From assembly GCA_964291235.2 (NCBI GenBank), contig OZ219815.1:320001-384000 (forward strand): DNA of 64,000 nucleotides. Direction: 5' to 3'. The translations under genes were made by a program, and so were the position numbers. This stretch comes from Vicinamibacteria bacterium (GTDB lineage: Bacteria; Acidobacteriota; Vicinamibacteria; Marinacidobacterales; Marinacidobacteraceae). This document shows, piece by piece, positions 9,230 through 19,401 of this stretch. Position 1 is the first letter of the stretch. Every line of letters begins with the position of its first letter. The notes beneath the pieces were generated by a model. It worked only from the letters and a program-made list of their open reading frames with translations, did not search any database and was not told where the DNA came from.

Positions 9230-10633
9230 TCAGGTCTGCCGGGTCCGGTTCTCGCCTTCCTGCCGTCTCCAGAGCGCGTAGGTGGCGCTCGGTGTGCCTC
9301 CGTCCTGTCGCCGGGAGCCCTGCACGTTGAAGAACAGCACCCGGCCGTCCGGGCTGAAGCACGAGCCCGCGAACTCGCGACTTCCACCCCGGACGAGGTT
9401 CACGATCGCTCCCTTCCGGTCGAGCTCCCGGATGTACTGGTCGCCGCTCCCGTCTTCGCACAACAACAACCCGCCGTGCGGGCTCAACACGATGTTGTCG
9501 GGGCTGTCCAGGATGTCCGGCGAGGGCGACTCGAAGACCAGCCTCAACTCCCCTGCCTCGGCCGAAGTGGGCAGGTAGTGGAACACCTGTCCCGCACCCG
9601 CGTCTCCTCCGCTCGTGGACACGAAGTAGATGCCGTCGTCCCCGGGGAAAGCGCCTTCGAGCCGCACGAATCGCGCCGCGCCCGCCGCGAAACCCTGACC
9701 GGAGACGTCCTGGTCGGGATCGGCGATGTCAACCCAGTGCACGGGCCACACGGCTCCCTGCTTCTGGCCCTGGCTGGTCACGTACTGCGGCTTTTCCGTC
9801 ACCGCGATCATCTGAAGTCTGCCGCCGGCGGAGAGCACTCCGGGAGTGTCGGGGATGAAGCGATAGAAGCCCGCTTCGTTGTCCCACCTGTCCTCGGTCT
9901 GGTAAACGATCCCCGTCGCCGGATCCACCGCTACCGCCTCGTGTACGAAGCGTCCCATGGCGCGCAGCGGAACGGGGTCCACCGGACCCGTCGCGTGCAC
10001 CGGGACCTCGAAGACGTACCCGTGGGGTTTCTCGAAGCCTGACTCCGGCCCGTAGAGGGTCTCCTCGCACGACAGCCAGCTGCCCCATGGGGTGGGACCG
10101 CCGGCGCAGTTGACGATCGTGCCCGCGAGCGAGACGAACTCGTCGACGAGTTCAACGGCCAGCTCCCCGTCTTCCACCGAAATCCGGACCTCCAGCGACG
10201 TGGTCCCGCCGCTCGCCCGGCCGTCATAGTGGGGATCCCCGGCGGGGATTCCCACGTCCGCGGAGTCGCCCATCTCGTGGTTGCGGATCAGGCGGACGTT
10301 GCCGCCCGGCAGCGGAAAGGCGGCCATGCCGTCGAACGCGTTGGGAACGACCAGACCGTCTCTGACGGAGGACGCCAGCCCTCCCGAACTGAGGCGGATG
10401 CAGCGGAAGAGTTCGGGAATCTCGAGTTCGGGGCAGTCCGGACTTCTGACCAGGTCGCCGTACAGCCCGTTGAACGGACTGTCGGAAGGCTCGTCCGGGA
10501 CGAGAGGCAGCGCCCGAGAGCTCGGAGACGCGTTCCTCGTACACGCGACCAGCCCCGCCAGGGACGGCGTAACGAGCGCGGTTCCGCTGGCGGAAGCGAG
10601 CTTCTTCAGGAACGTGCGGCGCGCGACGGGCAT
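9230..10633 (-). CDS. phoX: PhoX-family (DUF839) alkaline phosphatase, Tat-exported
   Basis: RRTFLK twin-arginine signal; LIRNHE, NCAGGPTPWGSWLSCEE, MGRFVHEA, SPDNI, EFAGSCFSPDG. Confidence 0.88.
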   Translation of the reverse strand: MPVARRTFLKKLASASGTALVTPSLAGLVACTRNASPSSRALPLVPDEPSDSPFNGLYGDLVRSPDCPELEIPELFRCIRLSSGGLASSVRDGLVVPNAFDGMAAFPLPGGNVRLIRNHEMGDSADVGIPAGDPHYDGRASGGTTSLEVRISVEDGELAVELVDEFVSLAGTIVNCAGGPTPWGSWLSCEETLYGPESGFEKPHGYVFEVPVHATGPVDPVPLRAMGRFVHEAVAVDPATGIVYQTEDRWDNEAGFYRFIPDTPGVLSAGGRLQMIAVTEKPQYVTSQGQKQGAVWPVHWVDIADPDQDVSGQGFAAGAARFVRLEGAFPGDDGIYFVSTSGGDAGAGQVFHYLPTSAEAGELRLVFESPSPDILDSPDNIVLSPHGGLLLCEDGSGDQYIRELDRKGAIVNLVRGGSREFAGSCFSPDGRVLFFNVQGSRRQDGGTPSATYALWRRQEGENRTRQT

Positions 10634-10837
10634 GAACGATTCCCCCTTCATCCGGCTCAGCACAGTCAATTGGTACCGACATTCTCCACACAACGATCCG
10701 AGGATCGCGTTCCTGCCGGACCTGGCGGCCGGTGGCGAGATCCTCGCGCCCCACTTCTCGGCGCTCGCGGGGGGTTCGCCATAGGCTGCTAGTACTGTCC
10801 CGCCGGGCGGGCTCGACCACCGAGGAGGGCGAAGCGC

Positions 10838-12220
10838 ATGGTGACGGACCTGTTCCTCGATTTCGCCCTGATTTCCGGCCTGCTGGTGGTCGCGCACCTC
10901 CTCCGGACGTGGGTGAACTTCTTCCAGACCGTGTTCCTGCCCACCCCGATCCTGGCCGGGCTGCTCGGGCTCGCCGCGGGACCCGAGGGTCTGGACCTCC
11001 TCCCGTTCGCGCGGGACGCGGCCGGCGCACCGGTGATGACGCGGTATCCGGGCGAGCTGGTCGTGGTGCTCTTCGCCACCCTCTTCATGGGCTGGCGTCC
11101 GCAGGCGCCGCGTTTCCGGGAGATGCTGCGGGACGCGGGAGACACGTTCTTCTACAACCTCTCGGCCTGGATCGGCCAGTTCGGTCTCGCGCTCCTGTTC
11201 GCGGGCGCGATCCTCATCCCGCTCTTCGAGGGGGTGGGCGGGCCCTTCGCCCTGATGCTTCCCGCCGGTTTCGTCGGCGGCCACGGCACCGCCACCGCGG
11301 TCGGATCCATCCTCGCCGACCAGGGAATCCCCGACGCCATCCCGGTCGGATACACCTTCGCCACCATCGGACTCCTGGCGGCCGTGTTCGGCGGCGTCGC
11401 CGCGATCAACCTGGCGACCCGGGCGGGCTGGACCCGCCTCGTCTCCAGTCCGCATGAGCTTCCCGAAGACCAGCGGCGGGGCCTGATCGCCCCCGAAAAC
11501 GCGCGGGACGCCGTGAAGGAGACCGTCAGCCCGCTCGCCCTCGACACCCTTTCCTGGCATTTCGGACTTGTCCTGCTCGCCTACGGGGCCGCCCACGCCG
11601 CCAGTTGGATGCTCCGCTCGGCGGGAGGCTTCTTCACCGCCCTGCCCATGTTCGCGCTCGCCGTCATCGCCGGCGCGCTGATCCAGACCCTGCTCAACCG
11701 GCTGGGCGTGGGCCGGAACGTGGACCGGGGGACGATGGCGCGCATCGGATCGTCGGTCTCCGATTTTCTGGTGGCCTTCGGGATCGCGTCCATACCGCTC
11801 TCGACGGTGGCGGCGTACGCGGCGCCCATCCTCGTGATGTCGGCCTTCGGCTTCGCCCACGCGGCTCTCATCACCTGGTGGATCGCCCGCCGGACGTTTC
11901 ACAACTATTGGTTCGAGCGAGGCCTCTTCACCTTCGGGTACACGACCGGGGTGGTGGCGATGGGGATCGCGCTCCTCCGCGTGGTGGACCCCCACGGGAA
12001 ATCCGCCACGCTCGACGACTACGGCGTGGCGTACCTCCCCATCGCGGTGGTCGAGATCGCGATCCTCTCCACGCTCCCGCTGTGGATCGCCACCGGCGCC
12101 GTCTGGCTGCCGGGCCTGCTGCTGACGGCATTCGCTGCCGCGCTGCTGCTGATCTCCTGGAAGACGATCGGGTTCTTCCCGTCCGATCCAAGGACCCGCC
12201 GGACCGGAGAACCCGGGTAG
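10838..12220 (+). CDS. gltS: sodium/glutamate symporter family protein
   Basis: GFVGGHGTA re-entrant motif, TFATIGLL, GIALLRVVDP; polytopic membrane protein. Confidence 0.8.
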   Translation: MVTDLFLDFALISGLLVVAHLLRTWVNFFQTVFLPTPILAGLLGLAAGPEGLDLLPFARDAAGAPVMTRYPGELVVVLFATLFMGWRPQAPRFREMLRDAGDTFFYNLSAWIGQFGLALLFAGAILIPLFEGVGGPFALMLPAGFVGGHGTATAVGSILADQGIPDAIPVGYTFATIGLLAAVFGGVAAINLATRAGWTRLVSSPHELPEDQRRGLIAPENARDAVKETVSPLALDTLSWHFGLVLLAYGAAHAASWMLRSAGGFFTALPMFALAVIAGALIQTLLNRLGVGRNVDRGTMARIGSSVSDFLVAFGIASIPLSTVAAYAAPILVMSAFGFAHAALITWWIARRTFHNYWFERGLFTFGYTTGVVAMGIALLRVVDPHGKSATLDDYGVAYLPIAVVEIAILSTLPLWIATGAVWLPGLLLTAFAAALLLISWKTIGFFPSDPRTRRTGEPG

Positions 12221-12242
12221 GCAGTTGGGCACCGCTCGGCTC

Positions 12243-12291
12243 TTGGTCCTGTCTTCGCCTCAGCTATGATTCCGGCAACGTTTCCGGCAAC
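12243..12291 (+). promoter_or_regulatory. putative TA promoter with direct-repeat operator
   Basis: TTGGTC-16 nt-TATGAT followed by TTCCGGCAAC twice (12270-12279, 12282-12291) right before the ATG. Confidence 0.5.
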
Positions 12292-12612
12292 ATGCCCAAC
12301 GACTCCAGCGATCGCACCTCCACCTCGCGCGTCCAACGTCATCGCCTCCGGGCTTCGGCGCGCGGGACCACCCGAGTCGAGGTTTCAATTCCTCTGCAGG
12401 ATGCCCCACTCCTGCGATCCGTTGCCAGGACGCTCCGTGAGGATGAGCGCGGTGCGTCCCGTCTGCGGCGGCTGCTGGAATCCGAGATCGTGCACGCTCC
12501 GGCGGCGACCGGTGCCGAACTTGTGGACTTCCTGCTCGGTTCGCCACTCCGCGAAGTGGAACTTGAACTCAGTCGGGACCGCTCTTCGGGACGGCCGGTC
12601 GATTTCGAGTGA
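12292..12612 (+). CDS. putative antitoxin paired with VapC
   Basis: Small ORF overlapping the PIN gene (GTGA); basic N-terminus RVQRHR..GTTRVEV; C-terminal LELSRDRSSGRPVDF tail. Confidence 0.72.
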   Translation: MPNDSSDRTSTSRVQRHRLRASARGTTRVEVSIPLQDAPLLRSVARTLREDERGASRLRRLLESEIVHAPAATGAELVDFLLGSPLREVELELSRDRSSGRPVDFE

Positions 12613-13058
12613 ACGGGTTCCTCCTGGACACGAACGTCATCAGCGAGACGGTTCGGCCCCGGCCCGAGCCGCGGGTCCTGAACTGGTTTCGCGAGCGGAC
12701 GCCTCGGGACCTCTTCCTTTCCGCCGTCACGCTTGGCGAGTTGGTCCGGGGAGCCCGGAGGCTGGATGACCCGGCCCGATCCCTGCGCTACCGGCAGTGG
12801 ATCACTCAGGACCTGACTCGTCAGTTCGACGGACGAATCCTGGCGTTCGACGATCGGGCCGCCGCCATCTGGGGCGAAATCATGGCTGCCGGCGATCAGG
12901 CCGGATACCCGCGGCCCGCCCTCGACGCCCAGATCGCGGCGATTGCCCGACGCTACGACCTGACCTTGGCTACCCGGAATACGAGGGATTTCCGGAATAT
13001 GCATCTCCCGTTGGTGAATCCCTGGCGGGACGGAACCGCGCAAACAGTCAGTACTTGA
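12609..13058 (+). CDS. vapC: VapC/FitB PIN-domain toxin
   Basis: FLLDTNVISE, SAVTLGEL, DAQIAAIA, LATRNTRDF. Confidence 0.93.
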   Translation: MNGFLLDTNVISETVRPRPEPRVLNWFRERTPRDLFLSAVTLGELVRGARRLDDPARSLRYRQWITQDLTRQFDGRILAFDDRAAAIWGEIMAAGDQAGYPRPALDAQIAAIARRYDLTLATRNTRDFRNMHLPLVNPWRDGTAQTVST

Positions 13059-13788
13059 TGTCGGTCCGCCCGACCGTCATCCCGATGTTGCCGACCCGGC
13101 GGCCCATCGTGTAGTGCTCGCCGCTCCCAGCGGTCATCCCGAAGAAGTCCACGTCGGGCACGATCAGGCGGCCGCCGCCGTCGACGGCGCCTTCGACGGC
13201 GGTCGTCGCCACCACCTCCGCGACGAAGAGCTTCCGCACCGGCGGCACCTCGAGCGAGCCGATGACCCGGCACTCGCAGTGGATGGGCGACTCCTCCACG
13301 GTGGGCGCATCGACCACGCTCGCCGCGCCTCGGGTCAGACCGGAGAGCTCGAACTTGTCGGCCACGCGGCTGGAGTTCATGTCCACCGTGTCGAACGCTT
13401 CCATCATGGAGGCGACCGGGACGTTCAGCACGAACTCGTCGTGGAGTTCCAGCAGTTCCCTCGCCTGGTGCTCGAAGCCGGCGCTCACTCCGACCTGGGG
13501 CGGGTCGCCGTTCACGACGAAGGTCCAGAGCACCGAGATCTCGTCCGGGTCGCCGGGCCGGCCATTCACGGTGAGCAGGATCGCCGGGCAGGGCGGGATC
13601 ATCGGACCCGGCGCCGCCAGCGGGCGGCGAGGGCCGGTGAGCGGCGCCGGAGTCGTTTGGCTCTCGTCCGGGGGCGGCGCGGATCCCTCCGCCGACGTCC
13701 GCCCGCCCGGCGTGCATCCCCAGACCGCGGCGACCGCGGCCGCGACCGAGCCCCTCTCCAGAAACCGTCTTCGGGACCAACTGTCCAT
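13048..13788 (-). CDS. flavin reductase-like (split-barrel) protein with Tat lipoprotein signal
   Basis: SRRRFLE...WGC signal; EFVLNVP, DKFELSGLT, APTVEESPIHCECRV, LFVAEVV. Confidence 0.82.
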   Translation of the reverse strand: MDSWSRRRFLERGSVAAAVAAVWGCTPGGRTSAEGSAPPPDESQTTPAPLTGPRRPLAAPGPMIPPCPAILLTVNGRPGDPDEISVLWTFVVNGDPPQVGVSAGFEHQARELLELHDEFVLNVPVASMMEAFDTVDMNSSRVADKFELSGLTRGAASVVDAPTVEESPIHCECRVIGSLEVPPVRKLFVAEVVATTAVEGAVDGGGRLIVPDVDFFGMTAGSGEHYTMGRRVGNIGMTVGRTDIKY

Positions 13789-13978
13789 GACGGCACCGGA
13801 CGATACCGCACGTTTCGCACATCGGCCCCCATCCGCGGGGTGCCCTTTCTGCCGCTTCAATGACGCCATTCCTGACGTTGGACGATCGAGCAGTCGGACC
13901 CCGAGGCGGCGTGGCCGCCATCCTCGTCGCCCACGTTGACGCCGACGGTGCGATGATCCGTGCCCGCGGGAGAACGTC

Positions 13979-15313
13979 ATGAAAGCCATCAGCGACAAAC
14001 CCTTGACCCCGTCCGCGAGAGCGGTCTCCGTTCTCCTGATCGGAGCGATCCTCACGGCCCTCGCCGGCTCGTGCGCGCCGCCACCGCCCCCGGACACCTC
14101 ACCCGGACTCGACCCGGAGCGGCTCGCCCGGCTCGACGTCGCCCTCGAGAGTTACGTCGAGGCCGGAACCCTGCCCGGTGCGGTGGCGCTCGTGGCCCAC
14201 CGGGGCGAAATCGCGTACCACAAGGCCTTCGGCTACCGCGACCGGGAAGCGGATGACCCGCTCGAAACCGACGACATCTTCCGGATCGCGTCCCAGTCCA
14301 AGGCGGTCGTGAGCGTGGCCATCATGATGCTGCAGGACGAGGGACGGCTCCTGATCTCGGATCCGGTCGGCCGCCATCTCCCGGAGTACCTGGAGACCAC
14401 CGTGGCGACCGCCAACCCCGACGGGACCTACGAGGTCGTGCCGGCGCGAGCGCCCGTCACCATCCGCCACCTGCTGACGCAAACCGCGGGGATTACCTAC
14501 GGCGGGGGGACGGCCGCCGCGGAATGGGCGGAAGCCGAGATCACCGGCTGGTACTTCGCGCACCGGGACGAGCCGATCCGGGAAACGGTGCGGCGCATGG
14601 CGTCCCTTCCCTTCGAAGCGCACCCCGGTGACTACTGGGTCTATGGCTACGCGACGGACATCCTGGGGGCGGTCGTCGAGGTCGCCTCGGGGATCCCGCT
14701 CGACGAGTTCCTTGAGACGCGGATCTTCGAGCCGCTGGGGATGACGGACACCCACTTCTATCTGCCGCCCGAAAAACGCGACCGCCTGACCGTCGTGTAC
14801 TCGGCCGGGGCTGACGGCCTCAACCGCGCCCCCGATCCCGGCGGCATGGTGGGACAGGGGGCCTACGTGGACGGCCCGCGGATGAGCTTTTCGGGGGGCG
14901 CCGGCCTCCTGTCCACCGCCTCCGACTATGGGCGGTTCCTCCAGATGCTGCTGAACGGCGGCAAGCTCGGCGACGCGCACATCCTGTCGCCGAAGAGCGT
15001 CGAACTCATGACCTTGGACCACCTCGGCGGAATGCTCGTCCGGGACCTGAACGATGCCAGCGCCGTCTTCGGCGCCGAACGGGGCGTCGGGTTCGGGCTC
15101 GGGTTTCGGGTGGTGGAAGACGTGGGCGCGCACGGCGCGCCCGGCTCGGAGGGCGTTTACGGGTGGGGCGGGGCCTATCACTCGAGCTACTGGGTGGACC
15201 CGAAGGAGGAGCTGGTGGTCGTGTACCTCGCTCAACTGATCCCCGCCGGCAACCTCGACGACCACGCCAAGTTCCGGGCGCTCGTTTACCAGGCGATCGA
15301 TACCGCCAACTGA
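13979..15313 (+). CDS. serine hydrolase, beta-lactamase/esterase superfamily, lipoprotein
   Basis: FRIASQSK (SxxK), [27 protein letters not shown]; lipobox AGSC. Confidence 0.88.
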   Translation: MKAISDKPLTPSARAVSVLLIGAILTALAGSCAPPPPPDTSPGLDPERLARLDVALESYVEAGTLPGAVALVAHRGEIAYHKAFGYRDREADDPLETDDIFRIASQSKAVVSVAIMMLQDEGRLLISDPVGRHLPEYLETTVATANPDGTYEVVPARAPVTIRHLLTQTAGITYGGGTAAAEWAEAEITGWYFAHRDEPIRETVRRMASLPFEAHPGDYWVYGYATDILGAVVEVASGIPLDEFLETRIFEPLGMTDTHFYLPPEKRDRLTVVYSAGADGLNRAPDPGGMVGQGAYVDGPRMSFSGGAGLLSTASDYGRFLQMLLNGGKLGDAHILSPKSVELMTLDHLGGMLVRDLNDASAVFGAERGVGFGLGFRVVEDVGAHGAPGSEGVYGWGGAYHSSYWVDPKEELVVVYLAQLIPAGNLDDHAKFRALVYQAIDTAN

Positions 15314-15326
15314 CCGGGGCCCCCTC

Positions 15327-16748
15327 CTACGAGCCGCTGCGCGGGGCTCCGAGGATCAGCGTGTCCAGCTCGGCTTCGGGGATCGCCGCGTACTCCCGGG
15401 CGCGCCGGAAGTAGAAGAGCGCGCCGAGCGCGATCCAGCCGGCCAGGGCGATCCACGACGGCAACGCCATGAACCCGGGCATCCCGGGAACGCATAGGAG
15501 GATCAGGAAGCCGGCGGACAGAATCGCGCCGAGCACCGCCTCCAGCCGCGCCCACCGGCGACGCGCCACCGTGAACGCCGCGAGGCAGGTGTAGAGGAAA
15601 CCGCAGGCGGTACCGACCGCGGCCATGTCCACCACCCAGACGATGACCTCCCGTCCGAACCAGGGTGCGAGCAGCGAAACCGTCCCGGTGAACAGCAAGG
15701 CGTTCCGGGGCGTGCCGCGAGCACGGTCGATGGCCCCGAACCAGGGCGGCAGCAGCCGGGCCCGCCCCATGCTGAAGAGAAGGCGGCTGCTCGCCATGAA
15801 GAAGCCGTTGATCCCGGTGAAGATCGCCAGCACGACGGCGACGCTCAGAACGGCCACTCCTACCCCACCAAGGCTCGCCCGCACCGCGGCGCCGGTCGCC
15901 CAGACCGGCTCGCCGGCCACCAGCTCGCGCCACGGCAGGACCACCCCCGTGGCCAGCACCACCACCACGTACATCCCGGCGCCGGCCAGGATTGCCGCCG
16001 CCATCAGCCGGAACGCCTTCCGGGCCGGAAACGCGAACTCCTCGGCGGCCTGCGGCAGGGTGTCGAAGCCGACGTAGAGCCACGGCGAGATCGCGAGCAT
16101 CGCCAGGACGCCGGCCCAGGCGGACCTCTCAGGCGCGAACCAGGGCTGCCAGTTGGCCGCGCTGGCACTGGATCCGGTAAGCGCGCCGATGCCCACCAGG
16201 GCCACCGCCGCCACCAGGAGGCCGGTCATCACCACCTGGGTCCTCCCCACCCCCTGCACGCCCCGGGAGTGCAGGTACCCGACGAGCACGACCGCGAACG
16301 TCGCGAGGCCGACTTCCCCGGCGAACACCTCGAATCCGGCGACGGTGTAGAGGTAGCCCCGGGCGAACAGTTCCGGCGCGAGGAACTTGCCGAGAATGGC
16401 GAGCGCCGTCGCGTTGAGCGGCACGATGCTCAGATAGCCGAGGGTGAGAAACCAGCCGCAGACCACCGCATGGCGCCGGCCGGCGGCCCGGTAGGCATAC
16501 GCGAACTCCGCCCCCGCCACCGGAAAGGTACGGACCATGAGGCCGTAGCTGCGGGCGATCACGATCATCGCCACCGCGCCGAGCGCGATCCCCAGCGCCG
16601 CGCCGAGCGGCCCGGCGGTCCCCAGGAAGTCGCCCGCGAGGATGAAACAGCCGAAGCCGATCACGCAGCCGAGCGCCAGCGACGCGACCTGAAGCGGCGC
16701 GAGCACCGGCTTGAGTCGCGAACGCTCGCTCAGGGAGGTGTCAGGCAA
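15327..16748 (-). CDS. APC-family amino acid permease
   Basis: GCVIGFG, GAEFAY, YVGFD..AEE, SRLLFSMGR, GTPRNAL. Confidence 0.88.
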   Translation of the reverse strand: MPDTSLSERSRLKPVLAPLQVASLALGCVIGFGCFILAGDFLGTAGPLGAALGIALGAVAMIVIARSYGLMVRTFPVAGAEFAYAYRAAGRRHAVVCGWFLTLGYLSIVPLNATALAILGKFLAPELFARGYLYTVAGFEVFAGEVGLATFAVVLVGYLHSRGVQGVGRTQVVMTGLLVAAVALVGIGALTGSSASAANWQPWFAPERSAWAGVLAMLAISPWLYVGFDTLPQAAEEFAFPARKAFRLMAAAILAGAGMYVVVVLATGVVLPWRELVAGEPVWATGAAVRASLGGVGVAVLSVAVVLAIFTGINGFFMASSRLLFSMGRARLLPPWFGAIDRARGTPRNALLFTGTVSLLAPWFGREVIVWVVDMAAVGTACGFLYTCLAAFTVARRRWARLEAVLGAILSAGFLILLCVPGMPGFMALPSWIALAGWIALGALFYFRRAREYAAIPEAELDTLILGAPRSGS

Positions 16749-16875
16749 GAGTCACGTCCACCAGGCATGGGTCCGGTCGGGCGGATTATCGCGGTGCCGG
16801 GTTTCGGGGCATTCATCGTTCCCTCAGGCCGTGATGCACTGGTTGGTCCATCCGGAACTCCGTAGAGTTGCCCTC

Positions 16876-18078
16876 ATGAGAGTCTCCCGACGCATCGCGC
16901 TGCGATCGGTGCTGGCGCCCCTGGCGCTGGGGTGGGCCCCGGCCGCCCGGGCGGGGACCCAGACCGCAGCCCGCCATTCCAGCTTCGACCCCTGGATCGA
17001 GATCCGGCCCGACCACGTCCGGCACAACCTCCGGGAGGTCAGCCGGCTCGTGGAAGGCCGGCCCATCCTGGCGGTGATCAAGAACAACGCCTACGGCATG
17101 GGCCTCCTCAACATGGCCCGGATTCTGGAAACGGAGGCCGGGGTGAGCGGCATGGCGGTCGTGAAGCTGAGCGAGGCGCTCGCACTGCGCGACGGCGGCA
17201 TTACCAAGCCGGTCCTCCTGATGGGACCTTTCGATCAGGACGATCTGGAGGCGGCGGTGATGCGGGACGTCATGCCGATGGTTTACAAGCCGGTGGGCGA
17301 CACGCTGGACCGGCTGGCGGCCCGGAGGCAGGCAGCGGTCCCGGTACAGGTGTGCGTGGACACCGGGATGGGCCGGGTCGGCGTTTCCTACCGGGAGGCG
17401 GCTGAACTGATCGCCGATCTCGCCGGCAGGGAGGGAGTGGGCCTCGTCGGGACGATGACCACGCTCAACGAAGACGCGGAGTTCGAAAAGCTGCAGCTGG
17501 AGCGATTCCGGGACGTCGAAGCGACCCTCGCCGCCAGCGGGATCGCGATCGGCCAGCGGCATGCGGCTTCGAGCTTCGGCCTGTTCGACAATCCGGCGGC
17601 GTTTCTGGACGTGGTGCGGCCCGGCATGGCGCTCTTTGGTCAGTACTCGCTGCCGAGGTTCCGCGGAATGGACCGGCTCGACCTGCGGCCCACCATGAGC
17701 CTGAAAGCCCGGGTGGCGCTCGTGAAGCAGCTACGGGAGGGCGACCCCGCCGGCTACGAGGCGGCGTACCGGGCGGACCGGGACGTCTGGATCGCGACCG
17801 TCCCCGCGGGACACGTGGACGGCGTGCCCCGGGTGGCGGCAAACGGTGGCTGGGTGAAGATTCGCGGAACGCGCTACCCCATCATCGCCAGCGTGTCCGC
17901 GAGCCACACCATCGTCGAGATCGGACCGGACAAGACCGTGAACGAGGGCGATGTCGCGACCTACTTCGACTGGGAGGACGGCTCCCGGCCGGAGGACGCC
18001 GCCGGCGCGTCCGGCGCCTCGGTGTACGACTTGGTCATGCACCTCAACCCGACGCTCCCGCGGCGACTGGTCGCGTAA
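16876..18078 (+). CDS. alanine racemase-family PLP enzyme with twin-arginine-like signal
   Basis: AVIKNNAYG (PLP Lys), VDTGMGRVG, VRPGMALFG, AGYEAAY; N-terminal SRRIALR...ARA. Confidence 0.85.
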   Translation: MRVSRRIALRSVLAPLALGWAPAARAGTQTAARHSSFDPWIEIRPDHVRHNLREVSRLVEGRPILAVIKNNAYGMGLLNMARILETEAGVSGMAVVKLSEALALRDGGITKPVLLMGPFDQDDLEAAVMRDVMPMVYKPVGDTLDRLAARRQAAVPVQVCVDTGMGRVGVSYREAAELIADLAGREGVGLVGTMTTLNEDAEFEKLQLERFRDVEATLAASGIAIGQRHAASSFGLFDNPAAFLDVVRPGMALFGQYSLPRFRGMDRLDLRPTMSLKARVALVKQLREGDPAGYEAAYRADRDVWIATVPAGHVDGVPRVAANGGWVKIRGTRYPIIASVSASHTIVEIGPDKTVNEGDVATYFDWEDGSRPEDAAGASGASVYDLVMHLNPTLPRRLVA

Positions 18079-18099
18079 GCGCGGTGCCCGGCCGCGCGG

Positions 18100-18375
18100 C
18101 TACTTCACCCGCGGTCGCTCGGCGGCCCGCTGGGCCTGCACGTACGTTTCGAGCACGCGGTTGATCCGGGTCTGGTAGCCCTTGCCCGGACGCTTGAACC
18201 ACTGAAGCACCGAGCGACGGACCCGGAGTGAAATCTGCTCGGTACGGTCCGGCTCGACCAATGTCGCATCTCGCCAGAAGCTCTCTTCGAGTTCGGGAAT
18301 CTCGCTGAAGTCGATGTCCTCGTCCTTCAGCGTCCGAATCTGATCAGGTTCAAGTGGTTTGTCGAAGGTGCTCAT
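18100..18375 (-). CDS. brnA: BrnA antitoxin
   Basis: IDFSEIPEL, ISLRV..VLQWFK..GKGYQTRINRVL. Confidence 0.92.
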   Translation of the reverse strand: MSTFDKPLEPDQIRTLKDEDIDFSEIPELEESFWRDATLVEPDRTEQISLRVRRSVLQWFKRPGKGYQTRINRVLETYVQAQRAAERPRVK

Positions 18376-18634
18376 GCCAGGCCTGCCTTTCTTTCCGGGA
18401 CGCTGGACGGGCGGAAATCAGCCGGGTTCGACTCTCGCGCCCGGTATGGGCGACCACGACCACCGCCATGCCGTCCACCTCTCCAACACTGATGTAGCGA
18501 TCCTCCCCGTAGTTCCGGCGCGTGTCGGATCGAGTGAGATGCGGCCCCTCGAAGATCCGCTGGGCGATCTCGAAGCTCACGCCGTGTTTTGAGATGTTGG
18601 CGCGATTCTTCGTGTCGTCCCATTCGAACTGCAT
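18350..18634 (-). CDS. brnT: BrnT toxin
   Basis: MQFEWDDTKNRANISKHGVSF, YGEDR, RLISARPA. Confidence 0.93.
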   Translation of the reverse strand: MQFEWDDTKNRANISKHGVSFEIAQRIFEGPHLTRSDTRRNYGEDRYISVGEVDGMAVVVVAHTGRESRTRLISARPASRKERQAWHEHLRQTT

Positions 18635-18823
18635 CAGGAACGTATATGCAAGTCGTATTTATAACACGCTCCGGCAACACGACTTCCGTAACGAGTCGGG
18701 CGCGTCGGGCAACAAGACTGCGCTCCGGACGCCAGGGCGGTAGGACAGGGCAGCAAACGGCACGCGGCATCCATTTCCCGGCGCAGGCAGGGAGGCCACT
18801 CCCCTGCTAATCTCCCCCTCCCC

Positions 18824-19276
18824 ATGCAAAGACGCGAGGCGCTCAGGGCGACGCTCTTCCTGATCGCGGCCCCCGCCGTCACGAGAGCCGCCGAAGAAGG
18901 CCGCGAGGTCACCGTCTCCGGACGGGCCGTCTGCCTGAAGGGCGGCGAACCCGGACCGGTCGCGGACTGCTCCTTCGGAGAGGAATTCGGGATCGAGTCC
19001 CCCGACGGCACGATCCACCGGCTGGATCCCACCGACATCCGGGTCGAGATCCTCACCGACGAACGGGTGAACATGCATCCGGTCGAGGTCGCCCTCTGGC
19101 AGGAAGACGGCCTCGGAAAAATCATCCGCCTGCACACGATCCAGGACGGCGAGGCCATCGAGCCCTACTACTTCTGCTTCACCTGCAACATCACCTCGCA
19201 CATTCCGGGCCCCTGCTGGTGCTGCCAGCAGGAATTCGAGTTCAAGGAACGCCCCGCCCGGCCCTCGACGGACTAG
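18824..19276 (+). CDS. exported hypothetical protein with C-terminal Cys cluster
   Basis: MQRREAL signal-like N-terminus; YFCFTC...PGPCWCCQ. Confidence 0.7.
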   Translation: MQRREALRATLFLIAAPAVTRAAEEGREVTVSGRAVCLKGGEPGPVADCSFGEEFGIESPDGTIHRLDPTDIRVEILTDERVNMHPVEVALWQEDGLGKIIRLHTIQDGEAIEPYYFCFTCNITSHIPGPCWCCQQEFEFKERPARPSTD

Positions 19277-19401
19277 GAACCGGCGGTTCCGCGGGCCGGG
19301 CTCGCGGTCCCTGAGCGAACCGGATTCCGGGAAGATGCCTTCGCCTCGCGGAGAGACTCTGCGCGGCATGATTCCATGCCGTCCCGCGCTAGGTTTCTCC
19401 C

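Noticed and set aside
10634-12232. N-terminal half of the 1000-aa ORF
   Set aside because: Antisense to gltS; PhoX starts at 10633 with an SD and a Tat signal.
13800-13970. HIT-like fragments (CPFC; VGVNVG)
   Set aside because: On opposite strands and too short to distinguish from chance.
13979-15313. Beta-lactam resistance gene
   Set aside because: Generic SxxK esterase-like family without a KTG motif; resistance is not supported.
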